Source of the DNA: an uncultured virus (IMG/VR IMGVR_UViG_3300031281_000001)
Lineage: Duplodnaviria; Heunggongvirae; Uroviricota; Caudoviricetes
DNA length: 20,000 nucleotides
Virus record (IMG/VR): IMGVR_UViG_3300031281_000001
Reading direction: 5' to 3' (one strand)
The first letter of the stretch is position 1; each line of letters starts with the position of its first letter. Below, one piece after another: positions 1-9,231 of the stretch. A program made the position numbers and the translations under genes. The notes under the pieces are model-generated. The model made no database searches, was not told the DNA's origin, and was given only the letters and a program-made list of their open reading frames with translations.

Positions 1-407
1 TTTTTTCTTTTCCAATTTATGCCAGGGTCTATCATTTCATGCACAGGAGCTGCATAATTTGCCCCAAATCCAATCACTAAAAACAAAGCATTAGGATTAG
101 ATTGTGTCATTGTCACCGCTTCACCCACTGCTGCACTATACTGTTGTTCAATGTTACTTGCATTATCACCTTTAAAAGAAGGAGGGTTCGACTCTACTTT
201 TTTAGCAGATACCACAAACCAAGATGCTCGTAAATTCCCGTAATCTACAGGAATAACAGGTGGAGTATGATCCATATCACGCCTGATCTTTATGGCGGAT
301 TTCAAAAGACCTTTCATTGTCCTACCTTTTATATTTTTAATCTCAGCATTTAAATTTTTAAATACTTCATCAAACCCCTTAATATGCCCTGATCCTGCAT
401 ATGCCAT
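1..407 (-). CDS. HK97 gp10-like neck/tail-completion protein (runs off window start; not in ORF track)
   Basis: Manual translation from ATG at 407 (TAATG overlap with upstream stop): MAYAGSGHIKGFDEVFKNLNAEIKNIKGRTMKGLLKSAIKIRRDMDHTPPVIPVDYGNLRASWFVV...IGFGANYAAPVHEMIDPGINWKRK, open to position 1. PVDxGNLRAS and YAxxVHE motifs plus position after the head-closure gene are typical of gp10-like proteins. Confidence 0.75.
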   Translation of the reverse strand, partial: MAYAGSGHIKGFDEVFKNLNAEIKNIKGRTMKGLLKSAIKIRRDMDHTPPVIPVDYGNLRASWFVVSAKKVESNPPSFKGDNASNIEQQYSAAVGEAVTMTQSNPNALFLVIGFGANYAAPVHEMIDPGINWKRK

Positions 408-799
408 TATACCATATTTTTACTTGACAAATATACTTTACGTAAGAACTTACTATTTGATCCTAATACAGGTGTTTTATCAAATCGTTTTATAATTGCA
501 GCCCCTTCTACATCTTTAGGGTCAATAGTTACTCCTGCACTGTCACTTTCGTACAAAGCATCCAAAGTACCTAACCACAAACATCCTTCTTCGTCAACAT
601 CCTGAGAAATATATACAATAGACTTTGCAATAAGCTCATCCCCATTTGGAGCGACAAACACCTCATTTCTATCTTCCCATCTGCATTGTATTTCAACAGG
701 TGAATCAAAAGTTTTGTCACCATAACCATCATTTACTGGGTTTCCCCAGTAAACAGCAGTTTGATCTAAGTTTCTCTCTATGATATTAGCTATTCCCAT
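407..799 (-). CDS. Putative head-closure (stopper) / head-tail joining protein
   Basis: 130 aa; QTAVYW..DGYG..TFDSPVEIQCRWED pattern; lies between the adaptor and the gp10-like gene. Confidence 0.65.
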   Translation of the reverse strand: MGIANIIERNLDQTAVYWGNPVNDGYGDKTFDSPVEIQCRWEDRNEVFVAPNGDELIAKSIVYISQDVDEEGCLWLGTLDALYESDSAGVTIDPKDVEGAAIIKRFDKTPVLGSNSKFLRKVYLSSKNMV

Positions 800-801
800 G
801 A

Positions 802-1185
802 TTAATCATCAAAACTAGTTATTGCATAAATATTAGCAGACCTCTTACCTGCATAATTCGCCATCTTTCCAGTTACATCTAATTGAAGTGCCATCTGTCC
901 AAATGGTGTAGAAGAAAGGAAATCTGCATATTTCCCTGTATATTTTACTTGAGCTTCTCCAACCTTTTCTTCAATCGTTGTTCTGTAGTTAGGTGTTGAT
1001 GCAACCATATGTGCCGTAAACCACCTGGAAATCTCTTTCTTTAAAGTATCCGTAATATCCCCATCCCCTTCAAATACTTTATCAATAACAGCTTCCGCAG
1101 CAGCCATACATGCAGCTATCAAAGCATCTGGAATCGTAGTATCATCCATTATTTCTCTTATTTCAATTGCTGTAATTAGTGCCAT
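802..1185 (-). CDS. Putative head-tail adaptor/connector (DUF4054-like)
   Basis: 127 aa, helical N-terminus, RWFTAHM, EKVGEAQVKY and LSSTPFGQ motifs; SD AAGGAG upstream; first structural gene after the glycan cassette. Confidence 0.65.
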   Translation of the reverse strand: MALITAIEIREIMDDTTIPDALIAACMAAAEAVIDKVFEGDGDITDTLKKEISRWFTAHMVASTPNYRTTIEEKVGEAQVKYTGKYADFLSSTPFGQMALQLDVTGKMANYAGKRSANIYAITSFDD

Positions 1186-1186
1186 T

Positions 1187-1873
1187 TTATTCTCCTTTCT
1201 TTCTTTGAGGACTATTTTGTAATAAAGACTCCGCTAATGCAACTACATTACTATTCCAAGATAACCCAACCCATTTGAGTAATTCATGTATTTGACAATA
1301 GTCACCATACACCATACGTTCAGGCCAAATTACTTTACAATTTAAACCACTTTCAATCATTTCAATGAATAATTTTTCATGTTGATGAACCCACCACAAC
1401 CATCCGTCATTTTCCGAATCAGCCCCTACAGCCTTTTGATTTACTTTTAATTTAAATGTATCCATATACGCCGTTTTCATGCACGAAGAAATAATATCAC
1501 CCGTACGTCTACGAACTATAACATATTTAGCATTTGGAAAAGCACAACTCCAAACGGGCCATACTTGCGCAATTCGTGAACTTTTATATAACCATGTAAC
1601 ATCACTGTATAGTTGTATTCTCAATTTGACTTCCTTAGCCCAATTAACAGGAATTAAAAGTTCTTTAGTATCTGGAAGTGGGTAACGACCATTTTTATCA
1701 ACATGCAAATCTGAATAGTATTTATCTACCAAGTTCTTAACTTGATCATTTTCCATCATTTCACTCGTTCGCCCCGTGTATGCCCCGCACATTTGCAAAA
1801 TTCTTGCAATAATAGAACTTCCTGATCGTTCTATTCCTGTAACAAAAATCGGTGAATCAATTACATTCATCAT
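1187..1873 (-). CDS. PAPS-dependent sulfotransferase family protein
   Basis: N-terminal 5'-PSB-type loop PIFVTGIERSGSSIIARIL, then WLYKSSR and FPNAKYVIVRR, matching Sulfotransfer_3-type layout. Confidence 0.75.
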   Translation of the reverse strand: MMNVIDSPIFVTGIERSGSSIIARILQMCGAYTGRTSEMMENDQVKNLVDKYYSDLHVDKNGRYPLPDTKELLIPVNWAKEVKLRIQLYSDVTWLYKSSRIAQVWPVWSCAFPNAKYVIVRRRTGDIISSCMKTAYMDTFKLKVNQKAVGADSENDGWLWWVHQHEKLFIEMIESGLNCKVIWPERMVYGDYCQIHELLKWVGLSWNSNVVALAESLLQNSPQRKKGE

Positions 1874-2481
1874 AAATAACTATTAATAAGTTGACGTCTA
1901 TTCTTTTTACGAGACACTGAATCACAAGTACGAATTATTTGTTTAGGATGCCTACGATACCCTTCAAATGCAAAATCAATATATCCAATATTAAATCTTG
2001 CTTTTAAACATCTTAAATTAAATTCCAACTCTTCAAACGAGTGCATTTTGGGATCTTCATTAAAACCCCCTATTTTTTCAAATACTTCTTTACGATATAT
2101 TAAAGAACTACTATGAATTACATTCTTTTTAAGAAGATCATTTAAAGTAGGTAGTTTAATTGATGGTACATATGTCTTTGAATAAAAACCAACATCTAAA
2201 TACATTTCACGAGCATTTCCATGAGCAAAATGCACATTTTCAAATGTAGGGGATTCAAATGCTTTGATATATTGTTCAATAGCCCCTGGAAGAAGTATAT
2301 CATCTTCATGTAAGAATTTGATTAAATCCCCTTGAGCTTGTGGAAGAGCTTTATTGAAATTCCGAGGCCAATTTCCATTTCCCTGACTCAAAATTAATTG
2401 AACATCAGATGGAACACTATCAATTGCTTGTTTGAGCCATCCTCTATCAATTTTATATGGTATAATTATTGTCACTTTCAT
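1870..2481 (-). CDS. Glycosyltransferase family 2
   Basis: VTIIIPYK start, NFNKAL..AQGDLIKFLHEDD (DxD-equivalent), YRKEVFEKIGGFNED..EELEFNLR. Confidence 0.85.
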   Translation of the reverse strand: MKVTIIIPYKIDRGWLKQAIDSVPSDVQLILSQGNGNWPRNFNKALPQAQGDLIKFLHEDDILLPGAIEQYIKAFESPTFENVHFAHGNAREMYLDVGFYSKTYVPSIKLPTLNDLLKKNVIHSSSLIYRKEVFEKIGGFNEDPKMHSFEELEFNLRCLKARFNIGYIDFAFEGYRRHPKQIIRTCDSVSRKKNRRQLINSYL

Positions 2482-3152
2482 AATGGAACGGAATTAATAT
2501 ACTCATTTATCCATCCAATACGTGATGCTGCAAATATACGAGGTTTTCCATGAAAACACACAATTTTTGTATCATTTGGCAACGACATTAGTAATTCACG
2601 GGTCCTCGGTTTGAAATCTTTAATTCCATTAGTCATACTTTGCCAATACAGATCAGCCGATATATGTTTCTTTAAAAAATAATCCATTCTTTTACCCACC
2701 ATTTTATTGGGATGCCAATTATTCCAAACCTGCTTTATTTTTTCGGAATTAGCCGGAAACCAAACCAATCCAGTTGCTAATTGCCCCTTTTGCCAAAAAT
2801 CTTCAAGGGTAATAAATTTAGTAGGATCCGTTACTAAGTCAAAAAAATACTCTACAGAATCAATAACAGCAGTATCCAAATCAATGTATAAGAACGGTCT
2901 GTATTTTTCCATTTCCGGACTATACAATTGCATTCTTGACCAAGTTCCAATATAATTATTTCTTAAAGGGATTACTTCAACACCTACTGTTAAAGAAAAT
3001 TCAACATCAGTCTGATCCCACAAACAAATAACTCTTGGTCTGATTTCAGATTTCCATTTTGTATTTATATGATGTGCAATCAATTCAACATCATTAAAAG
3101 TAAAATCTCCACTACTTTTTAAAACTAATACAACTGTACGTCTATTTTCCAT
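2478..3152 (-). CDS. GT-A fold glycosyltransferase (GT8-like, phage type)
   Basis: GTWSRMQLYSP, FLYIDLDT (DxD) and C-terminal IVCFHGKPR motifs. Confidence 0.75.
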   Translation of the reverse strand: MENRRTVVLVLKSSGDFTFNDVELIAHHINTKWKSEIRPRVICLWDQTDVEFSLTVGVEVIPLRNNYIGTWSRMQLYSPEMEKYRPFLYIDLDTAVIDSVEYFFDLVTDPTKFITLEDFWQKGQLATGLVWFPANSEKIKQVWNNWHPNKMVGKRMDYFLKKHISADLYWQSMTNGIKDFKPRTRELLMSLPNDTKIVCFHGKPRIFAASRIGWINEYINSVPL

Positions 3153-4110
3153 TGTATTTGCTCCTATAAAAATTTATAACATCATGAATTATATATTCAC
3201 GATCATATATTGGACACCACTCCAATTCACTACTTATTTTTTCAGAGTTCGGAACTTTGTCCCAAGTCTCTTCGAAAAGAGGTCCATGTATCGTTTTAGG
3301 ATCTACATGTATAATCTTACTTTTACTCTTCGTAACTTCCTTTACACAATTGGCAATGTAATTAATGGTTGAAATATTATGTGAATTTCCAATGTTCCAA
3401 ATTTGATTATATTTGTTCATGGTAGAAACTAAATAAATACCATCAACAATATCTTTTACGTGTGTAAAAGCCCGAACCTGTTCACCATTCCCGAACACTG
3501 TTATATCTTTCCCTTCCAAAGCTTGTGTAACGAATGTAGGTAAAACAAATCCCCCTGCTTTTAATTGTCTTGCCCCACTAATGTTGAAAGGACGAACAAT
3601 TTGATATTTTAAATTGGATGTTTTTGCAGTATTACAAAGAACAATTTCAGCAAGTAGTTTTGCCTGGGCGTATTCATTCCGAACCGAAAATTCACCGACA
3701 AGCACCTTGTCATCGTTTTCTTTCAACATTATTGCATGATCCCTATATCCGTATATTTCCGAAGTCGAAACGAATATCAAAGGGCAGTTCCTATTAATTT
3801 TGGCTCCTAAAATGACTCTATAGGTATCTTCAAGAATCATATTTGCCATTTGCCCCGAATGTTTAAGAACTCCAACAGGGCCAACCGGACTTGCATAATG
3901 AAGAATCAAATTAAATTGGGTTGAACCCCAATTATAATCCAAAAGATCACAAATAACAACATTTACATCTTTACAAATCGGGTCATCAGGTGTAATAACA
4001 CTGGATGAAAGATTATCAACAACGGTAACGTTCCACCCCTCGGCCTTGAATTTCTCAATTGAATGAGAACCAAGAAATCCTAATCCACCTGTTATTAAAA
4101 CATTTTTCAT
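3142..4110 (-). CDS. NAD-dependent nucleotide-sugar epimerase/dehydratase (extended SDR; UDP-glucuronate decarboxylase-like)
   Basis: TGGLGFLG Rossmann motif, ASPVGP, STSEIYG, catalytic YAQAK (YxxxK), RPFNISGARQ, GNGEQVRAFTHVKD. Confidence 0.88.
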   Translation of the reverse strand: MKNVLITGGLGFLGSHSIEKFKAEGWNVTVVDNLSSSVITPDDPICKDVNVVICDLLDYNWGSTQFNLILHYASPVGPVGVLKHSGQMANMILEDTYRVILGAKINRNCPLIFVSTSEIYGYRDHAIMLKENDDKVLVGEFSVRNEYAQAKLLAEIVLCNTAKTSNLKYQIVRPFNISGARQLKAGGFVLPTFVTQALEGKDITVFGNGEQVRAFTHVKDIVDGIYLVSTMNKYNQIWNIGNSHNISTINYIANCVKEVTKSKSKIIHVDPKTIHGPLFEETWDKVPNSEKISSELEWCPIYDREYIIHDVINFYRSKYNGK

Positions 4111-4871
4111 ATACTCGTTACTTTACGATATTCTGTTTTATAATCATCTTTCATAAATAATCTTGTTCTTGATGGCCCCCCTTTACTGCTTTTTATTCTC
4201 TCTTTAAACATAATTCCTAATTGGGAATGTGACCAATCTTTCCAATTTGCTTCAATCGCAGGAACATGATCACCTATTTTTCCATCATATTTAAAATAAG
4301 GTTCTTCACAAACCATTCTTTTAACTTCACTACTCGTCACCTTCCATTTATGACGAAACCAAACCCCCGAATATTTACAAGCTTCTGCCCCTTTTGGAAA
4401 TAAAGGGCTTTTCCAAGACTGATCATATTCAGCTTCCTCAGATTCATAATAAGCCAAATTTGCTAACCGTAATCTTAATACAAAGTCATCATCTTCAAAA
4501 CCACCACCAAAATACCCTTCATCCCACCATCCAATTTTACGAATCAATTGTTTTGAAAAACCCATAAAACCAACACTGTATTTGGTGGCCATTGCAAAAC
4601 CATTCTCTAACAATTGAAGTATGTGTTTTGCATCAAAAAATGTAGGCTTTACACGGTCATTAAGAAATAACATATACTCTGTTGGAGAAGTTACAATTGA
4701 ATGATTAATCAATTCTGAAAAGGAATCGTAAGAACCAGGATGTCGATCAATACGATTGTTCCAATATACCTTGTAATAATCATTTAAACCTTCTAAAGCA
4801 TCCATTTGATCATTTACCACTTTCATATTGCAACCACAATGTAAGCAAATAGTTATTTCTTTTATTTTCAT
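4107..4871 (-). CDS. Divergent GT2/GT7C-like glycosyltransferase
   Basis: YMLFLNDR and FSKQLIRKIGWWDEGYFGGGFEDDDFVLRL, the GT-A C-terminal motif. Confidence 0.7.
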   Translation of the reverse strand: MKIKEITICLHCGCNMKVVNDQMDALEGLNDYYKVYWNNRIDRHPGSYDSFSELINHSIVTSPTEYMLFLNDRVKPTFFDAKHILQLLENGFAMATKYSVGFMGFSKQLIRKIGWWDEGYFGGGFEDDDFVLRLRLANLAYYESEEAEYDQSWKSPLFPKGAEACKYSGVWFRHKWKVTSSEVKRMVCEEPYFKYDGKIGDHVPAIEANWKDWSHSQLGIMFKERIKSSKGGPSRTRLFMKDDYKTEYRKVTSI

Positions 4872-5455
4872 AATAAATTTTTATCACAAATAATCAAAAC
4901 ATCATGATCATTCCCTTTTATATACCTACGATCATCAATATAAACACAATGCTGAATATCTTTTGGAAATTGTTCCATAATCAATTGCAACATACGTTTC
5001 TTTTCTTTCAAAGATTTAATCCAACATGCAGCATCTTCAATAATTAAAATCCCATCGTTTTTAAGTAAATTCAAATAATTATTAACCACAAAAATTTGTT
5101 CACCCACTACATGAGAGCCATCATCAATAATAATATCAAATTTACCTAGTTGAGTTAATTGTTGTATAGTTACATAACTATATGCATTCGCTTGTATTGC
5201 ATGTATATTACTATATAATGGAACATTCACTTGCCTCAAATCACAATCAATTCCATAAATAATAGAATTACTAAAATATTCAGCCCACAAATTTAACGAA
5301 TCCCCTTGATATACCCCTATTTCCAATATTTTAATTTTCTTTTCTCTAAATCTTGAGAATAAAACATTATATAATGAAAGATAAGTATGATTATTTTCCC
5401 CATACTTATCTGTAGTATGCTTTTTTTCAAAGTATATATCAATTAAATTACTCAT
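4868..5455 (-). CDS. Class I SAM-dependent methyltransferase (sugar O-methyltransferase-like)
   Basis: TDKY..HTY..LY, KILEIGVYQGDSL..WAEYF..IIYGID, FDIIIDDGSH, GILIIED. Start placed at ATG 5455 (ATGA overlap with upstream stop) rather than the ORF-track 5479. Confidence 0.85.
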   Translation of the reverse strand: MSNLIDIYFEKKHTTDKYGENNHTYLSLYNVLFSRFREKKIKILEIGVYQGDSLNLWAEYFSNSIIYGIDCDLRQVNVPLYSNIHAIQANAYSYVTIQQLTQLGKFDIIIDDGSHVVGEQIFVVNNYLNLLKNDGILIIEDAACWIKSLKEKKRMLQLIMEQFPKDIQHCVYIDDRRYIKGNDHDVLIICDKNLL

Positions 5456-6210
5456 TGCATCATTTTTACCAATGACCAAGTACTATCCCATTTTTTACTC
5501 CCTGCAAAATGTCTAAAAATTACATCCTCCACTTTACCAGATGTGGTGGGTATTTTATAAAATTGATTAGTATCATGCCACGAAGTAACATTCCATTCTA
5601 CTGGTAATATATCTACATTCTTTTCTAAATCCTCAATAGAATAAACAGGTTGATTTTTACCAGTAGAACACCAACCTTTATGGTCAAAATTCATCCAACT
5701 TTTCTGTTTCGGATCGGCAAAAACATCATCTATGCCAGCCAATGAATACCACGAAGCTTGCTCATGAAACACTTTCCAAAATGGGTTGTTTTTAAACTTA
5801 TCATATCTACTTTCACTAAGTAAATAATTTAACATTTCTTTTGACCAATTACTGACTCGTATAGAAACGGCCCCCATACAATGTGTATTACATGAATCAA
5901 TCGCATAAGCAAAACTTTTTCCTCCGTGTGGTTCGAATGATTGTGCACCATTTACAATACAAATATCAGCGTCAATCATAGAAATTATATCACCTTCTTT
6001 TATTTTTCCACCTAATATCCAATCTCGAATTAAAAAAAATCTATCCCATACAATTCCTCTATGAAATGTGACTTGATTTTTAATATCCAAAATTTCAATA
6101 TATTCAAAATCATGATATTCACAATACATTTTATTGCGGGGTGAATGATAGTTTAAAAAATGATCTTGTCTATCATCCTTGTAATCTGCTATGCAAAGCA
6201 AATACTTCAT
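5452..6210 (-). CDS. GT34-like (GMA12/MNN10-type) glycosyltransferase
   Basis: YCEYHDFEY, MIDADICIVN (DxD), HEQAS, WN and FRHFAG motifs follow the GT34-type order. Confidence 0.65.
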   Translation of the reverse strand: MKYLLCIADYKDDRQDHFLNYHSPRNKMYCEYHDFEYIEILDIKNQVTFHRGIVWDRFFLIRDWILGGKIKEGDIISMIDADICIVNGAQSFEPHGGKSFAYAIDSCNTHCMGAVSIRVSNWSKEMLNYLLSESRYDKFKNNPFWKVFHEQASWYSLAGIDDVFADPKQKSWMNFDHKGWCSTGKNQPVYSIEDLEKNVDILPVEWNVTSWHDTNQFYKIPTTSGKVEDVIFRHFAGSKKWDSTWSLVKMMQ

Positions 6211-7073
6211 GTATTCAATATTTTATTTTTCCAATATTCAAAAGTCAATTTACTGTAATCCCAATTTTCTTTCCAAATTCTAGTATATTCAGATAGTAAA
6301 AATTCATAAGTTACTTGACTCCAATCATCAACAAAACAAATAGGCAAATCAGTATAAAATCTATTGTTTAAATTCCTCTTTTCAATAGGTATCGTTTTCA
6401 CATAAAGGCATTCCCAAGTTCTATGCGTATCCATGCCATTCCCCTGGGGGCTAAACACAAATCGATGTCTTTGCAAATTATCAAGGTAACGATCAAAATC
6501 CCTACCATTCACCCCATTTTCACACGTTACCCATGTTTTATCACGAAACATGCTATATAATTTAAGTCGTTCCATGTTCGTGTCGCGATTCACATTCAAA
6601 TAAACCAAATTACGAAGTGGTGGTTTAGTGGATATTAAAGAACTTTGAAGTATTTTTTCTTTCTTGCGCACATCTGGAAACCACATGCTATTTTCCAAAC
6701 CAATAGGAATTGATTCAATTTTAGGATGTATACAATTCACATTTTTGGTGTACCATTTAATTAAATTATCTGGCAATACATAAGGTGTCACGGATTCAAC
6801 TTCCCCCCTCCCATTTGGACGAATAATGCTCTTGTCTTCAATTCTACAATCACAACTATGTGTAATCAAAATAAATTGTCCTTTTAAATGTGCTATTAAA
6901 TTAAGCAATTTAGGGGCATATGAAATATGTGTATATACAATATTTCTATCTTTTAAATTTGACAATTCCATTGTATTTTGCAAATTATCATAATCATCCC
7001 TCATTTTCTGTTTAGGGGAATACGTAAAATCAGCAATTGTTTTGAATTTTTCACCAGTTATAAAATCAATCAT
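6207..7073 (-). CDS. Exostosin/GT47-like glycosyltransferase
   Basis: SIPIGLEN and C-terminal FVFSPQGNGMDTHRTWECLYVKTIPI..LPICFVDDW. First ATG is at 7073; the ORF track starts at TTG 7079. Confidence 0.65.
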   Translation of the reverse strand: MIDFITGEKFKTIADFTYSPKQKMRDDYDNLQNTMELSNLKDRNIVYTHISYAPKLLNLIAHLKGQFILITHSCDCRIEDKSIIRPNGRGEVESVTPYVLPDNLIKWYTKNVNCIHPKIESIPIGLENSMWFPDVRKKEKILQSSLISTKPPLRNLVYLNVNRDTNMERLKLYSMFRDKTWVTCENGVNGRDFDRYLDNLQRHRFVFSPQGNGMDTHRTWECLYVKTIPIEKRNLNNRFYTDLPICFVDDWSQVTYEFLLSEYTRIWKENWDYSKLTFEYWKNKILNT

Positions 7074-7075
7074 AA

Positions 7076-7807
7076 TCAAAACGAATTAATAAAGTTTCTT
7101 AATATTTTTGTTGCCTGTTTGCATTTGTCATTATTTTGTTTATACCAACTTCCACTATGTAACCTATGCGTATAGTATAACCCTGGAACTATTTTAATCA
7201 TATTTCCATATAATAACCATAAACAAGAAAAATACATAGCATCATTATAACTAAGTAGGTTGTCTTTATCATACGATTCGTATACTTGTAAATACATAGC
7301 TCTGTTTACCAAATAATTACCAGTATTTAAACAAGCTTCAAAACTTCCAACGTCTAAATAATTCTTTGCGTTGGTGTGATCAATATCTAAATGACAAAAT
7401 TCGCTATAATCCCATTGCACCTTTCCATCCAAACTCATTAGTTTTTCAGGGCAATACAACACATTCTTATCAAAAAAATGAAGTTGGCCAAAACATTTCA
7501 CATAGTTTTCATCAATTATATTATCAGAATCGAGAAGAATCACATATTCATTATTGCATTTCTTTACAACTTCATACTTATTACGAAGAGGCCCTAAATT
7601 GGATGAATTTCTGTAAATTTTTATTTTTCGCACATCCAAACCAGTATCATATATGATACTTTCAAATAGTTTCGAATAATTTTCTATTGTAGAACAATCA
7701 TCCAAAATAACAATCTCATCAATACATTCATTCGATAACACCTTAGCGAATGATTCCATTGTTAAATCAGGCCGATTAAAAGTAGGTATAGCTAATGAGA
7801 ATTTCAT
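7076..7807 (-). CDS. Glycosyltransferase family 2
   Basis: FSLAIPTFNR, EIVILDDCS, NLGPLRNK, YVILLDSDN. Confidence 0.88.
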   Translation of the reverse strand: MKFSLAIPTFNRPDLTMESFAKVLSNECIDEIVILDDCSTIENYSKLFESIIYDTGLDVRKIKIYRNSSNLGPLRNKYEVVKKCNNEYVILLDSDNIIDENYVKCFGQLHFFDKNVLYCPEKLMSLDGKVQWDYSEFCHLDIDHTNAKNYLDVGSFEACLNTGNYLVNRAMYLQVYESYDKDNLLSYNDAMYFSCLWLLYGNMIKIVPGLYYTHRLHSGSWYKQNNDKCKQATKILRNFINSF

Positions 7808-8430
7808 ACTAATTTTCGTTTAATGTAAAAAGAATCCCCCCATTTGTTTTTAGTCATTTTAGTAGCCATACGAACAAAATCATACAATTTTAAATATTCG
7901 TCAATTTCAGTTACTAAACAGCACCCCTTATATAATTCATCTTCGTTTACTTCAGTATAAATGTAATCAATTTTATCAAGGTATTTCCCCATACTTTTAA
8001 TTACACTCAATTCTACACCTTGAACATCTATATTGAGAAAATTAAAATCTTCAATTTGTCTTTCACCCGAATCAAAAAGTTCATCTAAACGTACCATTTT
8101 TATTTTTTGTTCACCTACATAATAAACATTAGGATGGTACAGTTTATGTAAATGAAGCGTGAGAATTGAAGAACTTTGTCCGTCATTATTGGAAATATTC
8201 AAAGTTGCACTTTTTAAAATATCATGCACACCTGCATTATAGGCATAATGCCCACAAAAAACAGAAATATTCTTTACTAATCTATCAAACAATTCGTTAT
8301 TAGGTTCAAAATAAATAACCTTTTCAAATCCCTTTCGAACATACCAAAATCTTTCCTGTCCTTCATGTGCCCCTACATGAATAGCCCCCCTACATTCCTT
8401 TAAATATTTTTCAAAATTAGTAAATAGCAT
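7804..8430 (-). CDS. FkbM-family methyltransferase
   Basis: IHVGAHEGQE, YFEPN, SSSIL, RLDE, FLNIDVQGVELSVIK, YIYTEV..LYKG. Confidence 0.9.
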   Translation of the reverse strand: MLFTNFEKYLKECRGAIHVGAHEGQERFWYVRKGFEKVIYFEPNNELFDRLVKNISVFCGHYAYNAGVHDILKSATLNISNNDGQSSSILTLHLHKLYHPNVYYVGEQKIKMVRLDELFDSGERQIEDFNFLNIDVQGVELSVIKSMGKYLDKIDYIYTEVNEDELYKGCCLVTEIDEYLKLYDFVRMATKMTKNKWGDSFYIKRKLV

Positions 8431-8433
8431 ACA

Positions 8434-9231
8434 TTAGATTTTTATCCATTCTTTTGGGTAATGTACTGAATCATCATAAGTACTCCATTTCTTTTTTGAA
8501 ATAATCCAATGAGAAGGGGCTACTACCTTTTTACTTTCATTATTATTTAAATAAGCTGCCCACCAACTAAAAGTACTGTGAGAAATTATATTATGAGTGC
8601 ATAACTTCATTAATTCTAAATCCAAATAATCTTCCAAACTAACAAAAGTTATTTTTCTATCAAAATTTTCCTGATTAAAATGTTCCTTGCACCATTCTAT
8701 TTCGTCACTAAATATAAAGATACTTCCTTTATCAATTAGTTTTAAGGCATTATAATAATACTGCAAAGGCAATGGTGTCAAGGCATCTAATTTGTGTGGT
8801 TGAGCGTAATCACCTCTTCTAATATGCACTGAAACTGATTCTTCGGAAGTAATCATTTCTACATATTGTAAGAAATCATCAGTATACCATTTTCTCTCAA
8901 CACAAAATTTATTTCTTAAAATAGGTAAAATCTTATTGTAAAATTTTATATATTGCCAATAACCATCAAAATAACAGCCATCCAAAACGATAACTCTCCT
9001 ATTAGCATCATTCTTCCTATCGTATATTTTTAAAAGTCTAGTTCTGTTTTTAATTTTTACATTAATATCATACTTATCTAATCGATATGGTCTAGGCCAC
9101 TCTAAATTTTTATTCCTCTCATACCACGTATCATCATAATAAACTTTAAGGCCATACTCTTCTTTAGCCATACCAAAAGCATATTGAAATAGCTGATTAC
9201 CTAATCCCCCCTGTAATTTTATTACATTCAT
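8434..9231 (-). CDS. GT11 alpha-1,2-fucosyltransferase family protein
   Basis: GGLGNQLFQYAF, GYWQ, SVHIRRGDY (GDP-fucose-binding HxRRGDY), IFSDEIEWCK, HNIISHSTFSWWAAYL. Confidence 0.92.
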   Translation of the reverse strand: MNVIKLQGGLGNQLFQYAFGMAKEEYGLKVYYDDTWYERNKNLEWPRPYRLDKYDINVKIKNRTRLLKIYDRKNDANRRVIVLDGCYFDGYWQYIKFYNKILPILRNKFCVERKWYTDDFLQYVEMITSEESVSVHIRRGDYAQPHKLDALTPLPLQYYYNALKLIDKGSIFIFSDEIEWCKEHFNQENFDRKITFVSLEDYLDLELMKLCTHNIISHSTFSWWAAYLNNNESKKVVAPSHWIISKKKWSTYDDSVHYPKEWIKI

